Part shown: piece by piece, positions 1-15,000 of the stretch | How positions within the stretch are numbered: position 1 is the first letter of the stretch | Layout: each line of letters begins with the position of its first letter | DNA from: Ranitomeya imitator | Taxonomy: Eukaryota | Length of the DNA: 64,000 nt | Direction of reading: 5' to 3' | NCBI RefSeq assembly: GCF_032444005.1 | Contig: NC_091291.1 | Location: forward strand, 4,154,001-4,218,000 | Position numbers and translations under genes: made by a program | Notes under the pieces: generated by a model | Databases searched by the model: none | Told to the model about the DNA's origin: nothing | Seen by the model: the letters and a program-made list of their open reading frames with translations, nothing else

Positions 1-3000
1 TGCGGGGATAATACAGGAGGTGTAATGTCACACAGGGACCAGCAGAGGGCGGTGCGGGGATAATACAGGAGATGTAATGTCACACAGGGACCAGCAGAGG
101 GCGGTGCGGGGATAATACAGGAGATGTAATGTCACACAGGGACCAGCAGAGGGCGGTGCGGGGATAATACAGGAGGTGTAATGTCACACAGGGACCAGCA
201 GAGGGCGGTGCAGGGATAATACAGGAGGTGTAATGTCACACAGGGACCAGCAGAGGGCGGTGCAGGGATAATACAGGAGATGTAATGTCACACAGGGACC
301 AGCAGAGGGCGGTGCAGGGATAATACAGGAGGTGTAATGTCACACACGGACCAGCAGAGGGCGGTGCGGGGATAATACAGGAGATGTAATGTCACACAGG
401 GACCAGCAGAGGGCGGTGCGGGGATAATACAGGAGGTGTAATGTCACACAGTGACCAGCAGAGGGCGGTGCAGGGATAATACAGGAGATGTAATGTCACA
501 CACGGACCAGCAGAGGGCGGTGCGGGGATAATACAGGAGATGTAATGTCACACAGGGACCAGCAGAGGGCAGTGCGGGGATAATACAGGAGATGTAATGT
601 CACACAGTGACCAGCAGAGGGCAGTGCGGGGATAATACAGGAGATGTAATGTCACACAGGGACCAGCAGAGGGCGGTGCGGGGATAATACAGGAGATGTA
701 ATGTCACACAGTGACCAGCAGAGGGCGGTGCAGGGATAATACAGGAGATGTAATGTCACACACGGACCAGCAGAGGGCGGTGCGGGGATAATACAGGAGA
801 TGTAATGTCACACAGGGACCAGCAGAGGGCAGTGCGGGGATAATACAGGAGATGTAATGTCACACAGTGACCAGCAGAGGGCAGTGCGGGGATAATACAG
901 GAGATGTAATGTCACACAGGGACCAGCAGAGGGCAGTGCAGAAATAATACAGGAGATGTAATGTCACACAGGGACCAGCAGAGGGCGGTGCGGGGATAAT
1001 ACAGATGTAATGTCACACAGGGACCAGCAGAGGGCGGTGCGGGGATAATACAGGAGATGTAATGTCACACAGGGACCAGCAGAGGGCGGTGCGGGGATAA
1101 TACAGGAGGTGTAATGTCACACAGGGACCAGCAGAGGGCGGTGCAGAAATAATACAGGAGATGTAATGTCACACAGGGACCAGCAGAGGGCGGTGCGGGG
1201 ATAATACAGGAGGTGTAATGTCACACAGGGACCAGCAGAGGGCGGTGCAGAAATAATACAGGAGATGTAATGTCACACAGGGACCAGCAGAGGGCGGTGC
1301 GGGGATAATACAGGAGGTGTAATGTCACACAGGGACCAGCAGAGGGCGGTGCGGGGATAATACAGGAGATGTAATGTCACACAGGGACCAGCAGAGGGCA
1401 GTGCGGGGATAATACAGGAGATGTAATGTCACACAGGGACCAGCAGAGGGCGGTGCGGGGATAATACAGGAGGTGTAATGTCACACAGGGACCAGCAGAG
1501 GGCGGTGCGGGGATAATACAGGAGATGTAATGTCACACAGGGACCAGCAGAGAGCAGTGCGGGGATAATACAGGAGATGTAATGTCACACAGGGACCAGC
1601 AGAGGGCGGTGCGGGGATAATACAGGAGATGTAATGTCACACAGGGACCAGCAGAGGGCAGTGCAGAAATAATACAGGAGGTGTAATGTCACACAGGGAC
1701 CAGCAGAGGGCGGTGCGGGGATAATACAGGAGATGTAATGTCACACAGTGACCAGCAGAGGGCAGTGCGGGGATAATACAGGAGATGTAATGTCACACAG
1801 GGACCAGCAGAGGGCGGTGCGGAGATAATACAGGAGATGTAATGTCACACAGGGACCAGCAGAGGGCGGTGCGGGGATAATACAGGAGATGTAATGTCAC
1901 ACAGGGACCAGCAGAGGGCGGTGCGGGGATAATACAGGAGATGTAATGTCACACAGGGACCAGCAGAGGGCGGTGCAGGGATAATACAGGAGGTGTAATG
2001 TCACACAGGGACCAGCAGAGGGCGGTGCAGGGATAATACAGGAGATGTAATGTCACACAGGGACCAGCAGAGGGCGGTGCAGGGATAATACAGGAGGTGT
2101 AATGTCACACAGGGACCAGCAGAGGGCGGTGCAGGGATAATACAGGAGGTGTAATGTCACACACGGACCAGCAGAGGGCGGTGCGGGGATAATACAGGAG
2201 ATGTAATGTCACACAGTGACCAGCAGAGGGCGGTGCAGGGATAATACAGGAGATGTAATGTCACACAGGGACCAGCAGAGGGCGGTGCGGGGATAATACA
2301 GGAGGTGTAATGTCACACAGGGACCAGCAGAGGGCGGTGCGGGGATAATACAGGAGATGTAATGTCACACACGGACCAGCAGAGGGCGGTGCAGGGATAA
2401 TACAGGAGATGTAATGTCACACACGGACCAGCAGAGGGCGGTGCGGGGATAATACAGGAGATGTAATGTCACACAGGGACCAGCAGAGGGCGGTGCGGGG
2501 ATAATACAGGAGATGTCATGTCACACAGGGACCAGCAGAGGGCGGTGCGGGGATAATACAGGAGGTGTAATGTCACACAGTGACCAGCAGAGGGCAGTGC
2601 GGGGATAATACAGGAGATGTAATGTCACACAGTGACCAGCAGAGGGCAGTGCAGAAATAATACAGGAGATGTAATGTCACACAGGGACCAGCAGAGGGCG
2701 GTGCGGGGATAATACAGGAGGTGTAATGTCACACAGGGACCAGCAGAGGGCGGTGCAGAAATAATACAAGAGATGTAATGTCACACAGGGACCAGCAGAG
2801 GGCGGTGCGGGGATAATACAGGAGATGTAATGTCACACAGGGACCAGCAGATGGCGGTGCGGGGATAATACAGGAGGTGTAATGTCACACAGGGACCAGC
2901 AGAGGGCGGTGCGGGGATAATACAGGAGATGTAATGTCACACAGGGACCAGCAGAGGGCGGTGCGGGGATAATACAGGAGATGTAATGTCACACAGTGAC

Positions 3001-6000
3001 CAGCAGAGGGCGGTGCGGGGATAATACAGGAGGTGTAATGTCACACAGGGACCAGCAGAGGGCAGTGCGGGGATAATACAGGAGACGTAATGTCACACAG
3101 GGACCAGCAGAGGGCGGTGCAGAAATAATACAGGAGATGTAATGTCACACAGGGACCAGCAGAGGGCGGTGCAGGGATAATACAGGAGATGTAATGTCAC
3201 ACAGGGACCAGCAGAGGGCGGTGCGGGGATAATACAGGAGGTGTAATGTCACACAGGGACCAGCAGAGGGCGGTGCGGGGATAATACAGGAGATGTAATG
3301 TCACACAGGGACCAGCAGAGGGCGGTGCGGGGATAATACAGGAGATGTAATGTCACACAGGGACCAGCAGAGGGCAGTGCAGAAATAATACAGGAGGTGT
3401 AATGTCACACAGGGACCAGCAGAGGGCGGTGCGGGGATAATACAGGAGACGTAATGTCACACAGGGACCAGCAGAGGGCGGTGCAGAAATAATACAGGAG
3501 ATGTAATGTCACACAGGGACCAGCAGAGGGCGGTGCAGAAATAATACAGGAGATGTAATGTCACACAGGGACCAGCAGAGGGCGGTGCGGGGATAATACA
3601 GGAGGTGTAATGTCACACAGGGACCAGCAGAGGGCGGTGCGGGGATAATACAGGAGATGTAATGTCACACAGGGACCAGCAGAGGGCAGTGCAGAAATAA
3701 TACAGGAGGTGTAATGTCACACAGGGACCAGCAGAGGGCGGTGCGGGGATAATACAGGAGGTGTAATGTCACACAGGGACCAGCAGAGGGCGGTGCGGGG
3801 ATAATACAGGAGATGTAATGTCACACAGGGACCAGCAGAGGGCGGTGCGGGGATAATACAGGAGATGTAATGTCACACAGGGACCAGCAGAGGGCAGTGC
3901 AGAAATAATACAGGAGATGTAATGTCACACACGGACCAGCAGAGGGCAGTGCGGGGATAATACAGGAGGTGTAATGTCACACAGGGACCAGCAGAGGGCG
4001 GTGCAGAAATAATACAGGAGATGTAATGTCACACAGGGACCAGAAGAGGGCGGTGCGGGGATAATACAGGAGATGTAATGTCACACAGGGACCAGCAGAG
4101 GGCGGTGCGGGGATAATACAGGAGATGTAATGTCACACAGGGACCAGCAGAGGGCGGTGCGGAGATAATACAGATGTAATGTCACACAGGGACCAGCAGA
4201 GGGCAGTGCAGAAATAATACAGGAGGTGTAATGTCACACAGGGACCAGCAGAGGGCGGTGCGGGGATAATACAGGAGGTGTAATGTCACACAGGGACCAG
4301 CAGAGGGCGGTGCGGGGATAATACAGGAGGTGTAATGTCACACAGGGACCAGCAGAGGGCGGTGCAGAAATAATACAGGAGATGTAATGTCACACAGGGA
4401 CCAGCAGAGGGCGGTGCGGGGATAATACAGGAGATGTAATGTCACACAGGGACCAGCAGATGGCGGTGCGGGGATAATACAGGAGGTGTAATGTCACACA
4501 GGGACCAGCAGAGGGAGGTGCGGGGATAATACAGGAGATGTAATGTCACACAGGGACCAGCAGAGGGCGGTGCGGGGATAATACAGGAGATGTAATGTCA
4601 CACAGGGACCAGCAGAGGGCGGTGCAGGGATAATACAGGAGATGTAATGTCACACAGGGACCAGCAGAGGGCGGTGCGGGGATAATACAGGAGATGTAAT
4701 GTCACACAGGGACCAGCAGAGGGCGGTGCGGGGATAATACAGGAGATGTAATGTCACACAGGGACCAGCAGAGGGCGGTGCGGGGATAATACAGGAGGTG
4801 TAATGTCACACAGGGACCAGCAGAGGGCGGTGCGGGGATAATACAGGAGATGTAATGTCACACAGGGACCAGCAGAGGGCGGTGCGGGGATAATACAGGA
4901 GATGTAATGTCACACAGGGACCAGCAGAGGGCGGTGCGGGGATAATACAGGAGATGTAATGTCACACAGGGACCAGCAGAGGGCGGTGCGGGGATAATAC
5001 AGGAGATGTAATGTCACACAGGGACCAGCAGAGGGCGGTGCAGAAATAATACAGGAGATGTAATGTCACACAGGGACCAGCAGAGGGCAGTGCAGAAATA
5101 ATACAGGAGGTGTAATGTCACACAGGGACCAGCAGAGGGCGGTGCGGGGATAATACAGGAGACGTAATGTCACACAGGGACCAGCAGAGGGCGGTGCAGA
5201 AATAATACAGGAGATGTAATGTCACACAGGGACCAGCAGAGGGCAGTGCAGAAATAATACAGGAGGTGTAATGTCACACAGGGACCAGCAGAGGGCGGTG
5301 CGGGGATAATACAGGAGGTGTAATGTCACACAGGGACCAGCAGAGGGCGGTGCGGGGATAATACAGGAGATGTAATGTCACACAGGGACCAGCAGAGGGC
5401 AGTGCAGAAATAATACAGGAGATGTAATGTCACACAGGGACCAGCAGAGGGCGGTGCGGGGATAATACAGGAGATGTAATGTCACACAGGGACCAGCAGA
5501 GGGCGGTGCGGGGATAATACAGGAGGTGTAATGTCACACAGGGACCAGCAGAGGGCGGTGCGGGGATAATACAGGAGATGTAATGTCACACAGGGACCAG
5601 CAGAGGGCGGTGCGGGGATAATACAGGAGATGTAATGTCACACAGGGACCAGCAGAGGGCAGTGCAGAAATAATACAGGAGATGTAATGTCACACAGGGA
5701 CCAGCAGAGGGCAGTGCAGAAATAATACAGGAGATGTAATGTCACACAGGGACCAGCAGAGGGCAGTGCAGAAATAATACAGGAGATGTAATGTCACACA
5801 GGGACCAGCAGAGGGCGGTGCGGGGATAATACAGGAGGTGTAATGTCACACAGGGACCAGCAGAGGGCAGTGCGGGGATAATACAGGAGATGTAATGTCA
5901 CACAGGGACCAGCAGAGGGCAGTGCAGAAATAATACAGGAGATGTAATGTCACACAGGGACCAGCAGAGGGCGGTGCGGAGATAATACAGATGTAATGTC

Positions 6001-9000
6001 ACACAGGGACCAGCAGAGGGCAGTGCAGAAATAATACAGGAGATGTAATGTCACACAGGGACCAGCAGAGGGCGGTGCGGGGATAATACAGGAGGTGTAA
6101 TGTCACACAGGGACCAGCAGAGGGCGGTGCGGGGATAATACAGGAGATGTAATGTCACACAGGGACCAGCAGAGGGCAGTGCAGAAATAATACAGGAGAT
6201 GTAATGTCACACAGGGACCAGCAGAGGGCGGTGCAGAAATAATACAGGAGATGTAATGTCACACAGGGACCAGCAGAGGGCGGTGCAGAAATAATACAGG
6301 AGGTGTAATGTCACACAGGGACCAGCAGAGGGCGGTGCGGGGATAATACAGGAGATGTAATGTCACACAGGGACCAGCAGAGGGCGGTGCGGGGATAATA
6401 CAGGAGATGTAATGTCACACAGGGACCAGCAGAGGGCGGTGCGGGGATAATACAGGAGATGTAATGTCACACACGGACCAGCAGAAGGCGGTGCAGAAAT
6501 AATACAGGAGATGTAATGTCACACAGGGACCAGCAGAGGGCGGTGCGGAGATAATACAGGAGGTGTAATGTCACACAGGGACCAGCAGAGGGCGGTGCAG
6601 AAATAATACAGGAGATGTAATGTCACACAGGGACCAGCAGAGGGCGGTGCGGGGATAATACAGGAGGAGTAATGTCACACAGGGACCAGCAGAGGGCGGT
6701 GCAGAAATAATACAGGAGGTGTAATGTCACACAGGGACCAGCAGAGGGCGGTGCGGGGATAATACAGGAGATGTAATGTCACACAGGGACCAGCAGAGGG
6801 CAGTGCGGGGATAATACAGGAGGTGTAATGTCACACAGGGACCAGCAGAGGGCGGTGCGGGGATAATACAGGAGATGTAATGTCACACAGGGACCAGCAG
6901 AGGGCAGTGCGGGGATAATACAGGAGATGTAATGTCACACAGGGACCAGCAGAGGGCAGTGCGGGGATAATACAGGAGGTGTAATGTCACACAGGGACCA
7001 GCAGAGGGCGGTGCGGGGATAATACAGGAGATGTAATGTCACACAGGGACCAGCAGAGGGCGGTGCGGGGATAATACAGGAGACGTAATGTCACACAGGG
7101 ACCAGCAGAGGGCGGTGCAGAAATAATACAGGAGATGTAATGTCACACACGGACCAGCAGAGGGTGGTGCAGAAATAATACAGGAGATGTAATGTCACAC
7201 ACGGACCAGCAGAGGGTGGTGCAGAAATAATACAGGAGATGTAATGTCACACAGGGACCAGCAGAGGGCGGTGCGGGATAATACAGGAGGTGTAATGTCA
7301 CACAGGGACCAGCAGAGGGCAGTGCAGAAATAATACAGGAGATGTAATGTCACACAGGGACCAGAAGAGGGCGGTGCGGGGATAATACAGGAGATGTAAT
7401 GTCACACAGGGACCATCAGAGGGCGGTGCGGGGATAATACAGGAGATGTAATGTCACACAGGGACCAGCAGAGGGCGGTGCAGGGATAATACAGGAGATA
7501 TAATGTCACACAGGGACCAGCAGAGGGCAGTGCGGGGATAATACAGGAGATGTAATGTCACACAGGGACCAGCAGAGGGCGGTGCGGGGATAATACAGGA
7601 GATGTAATGTCACACAGGGACCAGCAGAGGGCGGTGCAGAAATAATACAGGAGGTGTAATGTCACACAGGGACCAGCAGAGGGCGGTGCGGGGATAATAC
7701 AGGAGATGTAATGTCACACAGGGACCAGCAGAGGGCGGTGCGGGGATAATACAGGAGACGTAATGTCACACAGGGACCAGCAGAGGGCGGTGCAGAAATA
7801 ATACAGGAGATGTAATGTCACACAGGGACCAGCAGAGGGCAGTGCAGAAATAATACAGGAGATGTAATGTCACACAGGGACCAGCAGAGGGCGGTGCGGG
7901 GATAATACAGGAGATGTAATGTCACACAGGGACCAGCAGAGGGCAGTGCGGGGATAATACAGGAGATGTAATGTCACACAGGGACCAGCAGAGGGCGGTG
8001 CGGGGATAATACAGGAGATGTAATGTCACACAGTGACCAGCAGAGGGCGGTGCGGGGATAATACAGGAGATGTAATGTCACACAGGGACCAGCAGAGGGC
8101 GGTGCGGGGATAATACAGGAGGTGTAATGTCACACAGGGACCAGCAGAGGGCGGTGCGGGGATAATACAGGAGATGTAATGTCACACAGGGACCAGCAGA
8201 GGGCGGTGCGGGGATAATACAGGAGATGTAATGTCAAACACGGACCAGCAGAGGGCGGTGCAGAAATAATACAGGAGATGTAATGTCACACAGGGACCAG
8301 CAGAGGGCAGTGCAGAAATAATACAGGAGATGTAATGTCACACAGGGACCAGCAGAGGGCGGTGCGGGGATAATACAGGAGATGTAATGTCACACAGGGA
8401 CCAGCAGAGGGCGGTGCAGAAATAATACAGGAGGTGTAATGTCACACAGGGACCAGCAGAGGGCGGTGCGGGGATAATACAGGAGATGTAATGTCACACA
8501 GGGACCAGCAGAGGGCGGTGCGGGGATAATACAGGAGACGTAATGTCACACAGGGACCAGCAGAGGGCGGTGCAGAAATAATACAGGAGATGTAATGTCA
8601 CACAGGGACCAGCAGAGGGCAGTGCAGAAATAATACAGGAGATGTAATGTCACACAGGGACCAGCAGAGGGCGGTGCGGGGATAATACAGGAGATGTAAT
8701 GTCACACAGGGACCAGCAGAGGGCGGTGCGGGGATAATACAGGAGGTGTAATGTCACACAGGGACCAGCAGAGGGCGGTGCGGGGATAATACAGGAGATG
8801 TAATGTCACACAGGGACCAGCAGAGGGCGGTGCGGGGATAATACAGGAGATGTAATGTCACACACGGACCAGCAGAGGGCGGTGCAGAAATAATACAGGA
8901 GATGTAATGTCACACAGGGACCAGCAGAGGGCGGTGCGGGGATAATACAGGAGATGTAATGTCACACACGGACCAGCAGAGGGTGGTGCAGAAATAATAC

Positions 9001-12000
9001 AGGAGATGTAATGTCACACAGGGACCAGCAGAGGGCGGTGCGGGGATAATACAGGAGATGTAATGTCACACAGGGACCAGCAGAGGGCGGTGCGGGAATA
9101 ATACAGGAGATGTAATGTCACACAGGGACCAGCAGAGGGCGGTGCAGAAATAATACAGGAGATGTAATGTCACACAGGGACCAGCAGAGGGCAGTGCAGA
9201 AATAATACAGGAGATGTAATGTCACACAGGGACCAGCAGAGGGCGGTGCGGGGATAATACAGGAGATGTAATGTCACACAGGGACCAGCAGAGGGCGGTG
9301 CGGGGATAATACAGGAGGTGTAATGTCACACAGGGACCAGCAGAGGGCGGTGCGGGGATAATACAGGAGATGTAATGTCACACAGGGACCAGCAGAGGGC
9401 GGTGCGGGGATAATACAGGAGATGTAATGTCACACACGGACCAGCAGAGGGCGGTGCAGAAATAATACAGGAGATGTAATGTCACACAGGGACCAGCAGA
9501 GGGCGGTGCGGGGATAATACAGGAGATGTAATGTCACACAGGGACCAGCAGAGGGCGGTGCAGAAATAATACAGGAGATGTAATGTCACACAGGGACCAG
9601 CAGAGGGCAGTGCAGGGATAATACAGGATATATAATGTCACACAGGGACCAGCAGAGGGCGGTGCAGAAATAATACAGGAGATGTAATGTCACACACGGA
9701 CCAGCAGAGGGCGGTGCAGAAATAATACAGGAGATGTAATGTCACACAGGGACCAGCAGAGGGCGGTGCGGGGATAATACAGGAGATGTAATGTCACACA
9801 GGGACCAGCAGAGGGCGGTGCAGGGATAATACAGGAGATGTAATGTCACACAGGGACCAGCAGAGGGCGGTGCGGGGATAATACAGGAGATGTAATGTCA
9901 CACAGGGACCAGCAGAGGGCGGTGCAGGGATAATACAGGAGATATAATGTCACACAGGGACCAGCAGAGGGCGGTGCAGAAATAATACAGGAGATGTAAT
10001 GTCACACACGGACCAGCAGAGGGCGGTGCAGAAATAATACAGGAGATGTAATGTCACACAGGGACCAGCAGAGGGCGGTGCGGAGATAATACAGGAGGTG
10101 TAATGTCACACAGGGACCAGCAGAGGGCGGTGCGGGGATAATACAGGAGATGTAATGTCACACAGGGACCAGCAGAGGGCGGTGCGGGGATAATACAGGA
10201 GACGTAATGTCACACAGGGACCAGCAGAGGGCGGTGCAGAAATAATACAGGAGATGTAATGTCACACACGGACCAGCAGAGGGCGGTGCAGAAATAATAC
10301 AGGAGATGTAATGTCACACAGGGACCAGCAGAGGGCGGTGCAGAAATAATACAGGAGATGTAATGTCACACAGGGACCAGCAGAGGGCGGTGCGGGGATA
10401 ATACAGGAGATGTAATGTCACACAGGGACCAGCAGAGGGCGGTGCGGGGATAATACAGGAGGTGTAATGTCACACAGGGACCAGCAGAGGGCGGTGCGGG
10501 GATAATACAGGAGACGTAATGTCACACAGGGACCAGCAGAGGGCGGTGCAGAAATAATACAGGAGATGTAATGTCACACACGGACCAGCAGAGGGCGGTG
10601 CAGAAATAATACAGGAGATGTAATGTCACACAGGGACCAGCAGAGGGCGGTGCGGGGATAATACAGGAGATGTAATGTCACACAGGGACCAGCAGAGGGC
10701 GGTGCAGAAATAATACAGGAGATGTAATGTCACACAGGGACCAGCAGAGGGCAGTGCAGAAATAATACAGGAGATGTAATGTCACACAGGGACCAGCAGA
10801 GGGCGGTGCGGGGATAATACAGGAGGTGTAATGTCACACAGGGACCATCAGAGGGCGGTGCGGGGATAATACAGGAGATGTAATGTCACACAGGGACCAG
10901 CAGAGGGCGGTGCGGGGATAATACAGGAGATGTAATGTCACACAGGGACCAGCAGAGGGCGGTGCGGGGATAATACAGGAGATGTAATGTCACACAGGGA
11001 CCAGCAGAGGGCAGTGCAGAAATAATACAGGAGGTGTAATGTCACACAGGGACCAGCAGAGGGCGGTGCGGGGATAATACAGGAGGTGTAATGTCACACA
11101 GGGACCAGCAGAGGGCGGTGCGGGGATAATACAGGAGATGTAATGTCACACAGGGACCAGCAGAGGGCGGTGCGGGGATAATACAGGGGATGTAATGTCA
11201 CACAGGGACCAGCAGAGGGCGGTGCGGGGATAATACAGGAGATGTAATGTCACACAGGGACCAGCAGAGGGCGGTGCGGGGATAATACAGGAGATGTAAT
11301 GTCACACAGGGACCAGCAGAGGGCGGTGCAGAAATAATACAGGAGGTGTAACGTCACACAGGGACCAGCAGAGGGCGGTGCGGGGATAATACAGGAGGTG
11401 TAATGTCACACAGGGACCAGCAGAGGGCGGTGCGGGGATAATACAGGAGATGTAATGTCACACAGGGACCAGCAGAGGGCGGTGCGGGGATAATACAGGA
11501 GGTGTAATGTCACACAGGGACCAGCAGAGGGCAGTGCGGGGATAATACAGGAGATGTAATGTCACACAGGGACCAGCAGAGGGCGGTGCAGGGATAATAC
11601 AGGAGATATAATGTCACACAGGGACCAGCAGAGGGCGGTGCGGGGATAATACAGGAGATGTAATATCACACAGGGACCAGCAGAGGGCGGTGCAGAAATA
11701 ATACAGGAGATGTAATGTCACACAGGGACCAGCAGAGGGCGGTGCAGGGATAATACAGGAGATATAATGTCACACAGGGACCAGCAGAGGGCGGTGCGGG
11801 GATAATACAGGAGATGTAATGTCACACAGGGACCAGCAGAGGGCGGTGCAGAAATAATACAGGAGGTGTAATGTCACACAGGGACCAGCAGAGGGCGGTG
11901 CAGAAATAATACAGGAGATGTAATGTCACACAGGGACCAGCAGAGGGCGGTGCAGGGATAATACAGGAGATATAATGTCACACAGGGACCAGCAGAGGGC

Positions 12001-15000
12001 AGTGCGGGGATAATACAGGAGATGTAATGTCACACACGGACCAGCAGAGGGCGGTGCGGGGATAATACAGATGTAATGTCACACAGGGACCAGCAGAGGG
12101 CGGTGCAGAAATAATACAGGAGGTGTAATATCACACAGGGACCAGCAGAGGGCGGTGCAGAAATAATACAGGAGATGTAATGTCACACAGGGACCAGCAG
12201 AGGGCGGTGCAGGGATAATACAGGAGATATAATGTCACACAGGGACCAGCAGAGGGCAGTGCGGGGATAATACAGGAGATGTAATGTCACACACGGACCA
12301 GCAGAGGGCGGTGCGGGGATAATACAGGAGGTGTAATGTCAGACAGGGACCAGCAGAGGGCGGTGCGGGGATAATACAGGAGATGTAATGTCACACAGGG
12401 ACCAGCAGAGGGCGGTGCGGGGATAATACAGGAGATGTAATGTCACACAGGGACCAGCAGAGGGCGGTGCGGGGATAATACAGGAGATGTAATGTCACAC
12501 AGGGACCAGCAGAGGGCGGGGATAATACAGGAGATGTAATGTCACACAGGGACCAGCTGAGGGCGGTGCAGAAATAATACAGGAGATGTAATGTCACACA
12601 GTGACCAGCAGAGGGCGGTGCGGGGATAATACAGATGTAATGTCACACAGGGACCAGCAGAGGGCGGTGCGGGGATAATACAGGAGATGTAATGTCACAC
12701 AGGGACCAGCAGAGGGCGGTGCGGGGATAAAACAGGAGATGTAATGTCACACATGGACCAGCAGAGGGCAGTGCGGGGATAATACAGGAGGTGTAATGTC
12801 ACACAGGGACCAGCAGAGGGCGGTGCGGGGATAATACAGGAGGTGTAATGTCACACAGGGACCAGCAGAGGGCGGTGCGGGGATAAAACAGGAGGTGTAA
12901 TGTCACACAGGGACCAGCAGAGGGCGGTGCGGGGATAATACAGGAGATGTAATGTCACATAGGGACCAGCAGAGGGCGGTGCGGGGATAATACAGGAGAT
13001 GTAATGTCACACAGGGACCAGCAGAGGGCGGTGCGGGGATAATACAGGAGATGTAATGTCACACAGGGACCAGCAGAGGGCGGTGCAGGGATAATACAGG
13101 AGGTGTAATGTCACACAGGGACCAGCAGAGGGCGGTGCGGGGATAATACAGGAGATGTAATGTCACACAGTGAGCAGCAGAGGGCGGTGCGGGGATAATA
13201 CAGATGTAATATCACACAGGGACCAGCAGAGGGCGGTGCGGGGATAATACAGGAGATGTAATGTCACACAGGGACCAGCAGAGGGCGGTGCAGGGATAAT
13301 ACAGGAGGTGTAATATCACACAGGGACCAGCAGAGGGCGGTGCGGGGATAATACAGATGTAATGTCACACAGGGACCAGCAGAGGGCGGTGCGGGGATAA
13401 TACAGATGTAATGTCACACAGGGACCAGCAGAGGGCAGTGCAGGGATAATACAGGAGATGTAATGTCACACAGGGACCAGCAGAGGGCAGTGCAGGGATA
13501 ATACAGGAGATGTAATGTCACACAGTGACCAGCAGAGGGCGGTGCAGGGATAATACAGGAGATGTAATGTCACACAGTGACCAGCAGAGGGCGGTGCAGG
13601 GATAATACAGGAGATGTAATGTCACACACGGACCAGCAGAGGGCGGTGCGGGGATAATACAGGAGATATAATGTCACACAGGGACCAGCAGAGGGCGGTG
13701 CAGAAATAATACAGGAGATGTAATGTCACACAGGGACCAGCAGAGGGCGGTGCAGAAATAATACAGGAGATGTAATGTCACACAGGGACCAGCAAAGGGC
13801 GGTGCGGAGATAATACAGGAGGTGTAATGTCACACAGGGACCAGCAGAGGGCGGTGCGGAGATAATACAGGAGGTGTAATGTCACACAGGGACCAGCAGA
13901 GGGCGGTGCAGAAATAATACAGGAGGTGTAATGTCACACAGGGACCAGCAGAGGGCGGTGCGGGGATAATACAGGAGATGTAATGTCACACAGGGACCAG
14001 CAGAGGGCGGTGCAGAAATAATACAGGAGGTGTAATGTCACACAGGGACCAGCAGAGGGCGGTGCGGGGATAATACAGGAGATGTAATGTCACACAGGGA
14101 CCAGCAGAGGGCGGTGCAGGGATAATACAGGAGATGTAATGTCACACAGGGACCAGCAGAGGGCGGTGCGGGGATAATACAGGAGATGTAATGTCACACA
14201 GGGACCAGCAGAGGGCGGTGCGGGGATAATACAGGAGGTGTAATGTCACACAGGGACCAGCAGAGGGCGGTGCGGGGATAATACAGGAGATATAATGTCA
14301 CACAGGGACCAGCAGAGGGCGGTGCAGAAATAATACAGGAGATGTAATGTCACACACGGACCAGCAGAGGGCGGTGCAGAAATAATACAGGAGATGTAAT
14401 GTCACACAGGGACCAGCAGAGGGCGGTGCGGAGATAATACAGGAGGTGTAATGTCACACAGGGACCAGCAGAGGGCGGTGCGGAGATAATACAGGAGGTG
14501 TAATGTCACACAGGGACCAGCAGAGGGCGGTGCAGAAATAATACAGGAGATGTAATGTCACACACGGACCAGCAGAGGGCGGTGCAGAAATAATACAGGA
14601 GATGTAATGTCACACACGGACCAGCAGAGGGCGGTGCAGAAATAATACAGGAGATGTAATGTCACACAGGGACCAGCAGAGGGCGGTGCGGAGATAATAC
14701 AGGAGGTGTAATGTCACACAGGGACCAGCAGAGGGCGGTGCGGAGATAATACAGGAGGTGTAATGTCACACAGGGACCAGCAGAGGGCGGTGCGGAGATA
14801 ATACAGGAGGTGTAATGTCACACAGGGACCAGCAGAGGGCGGTGCGGGGATAATACAGGAGATGTAATGTCACACAGGGACCAGCAGACGGCGGTGCGGA
14901 GATAATACAGATGTAATGTCACACAGGGACCAGCAGAGGGCGGTGCGGGGATAATACAGGAGGTGTAATGTCACACAGGGACCAGCAGAGGGCGGTGCAG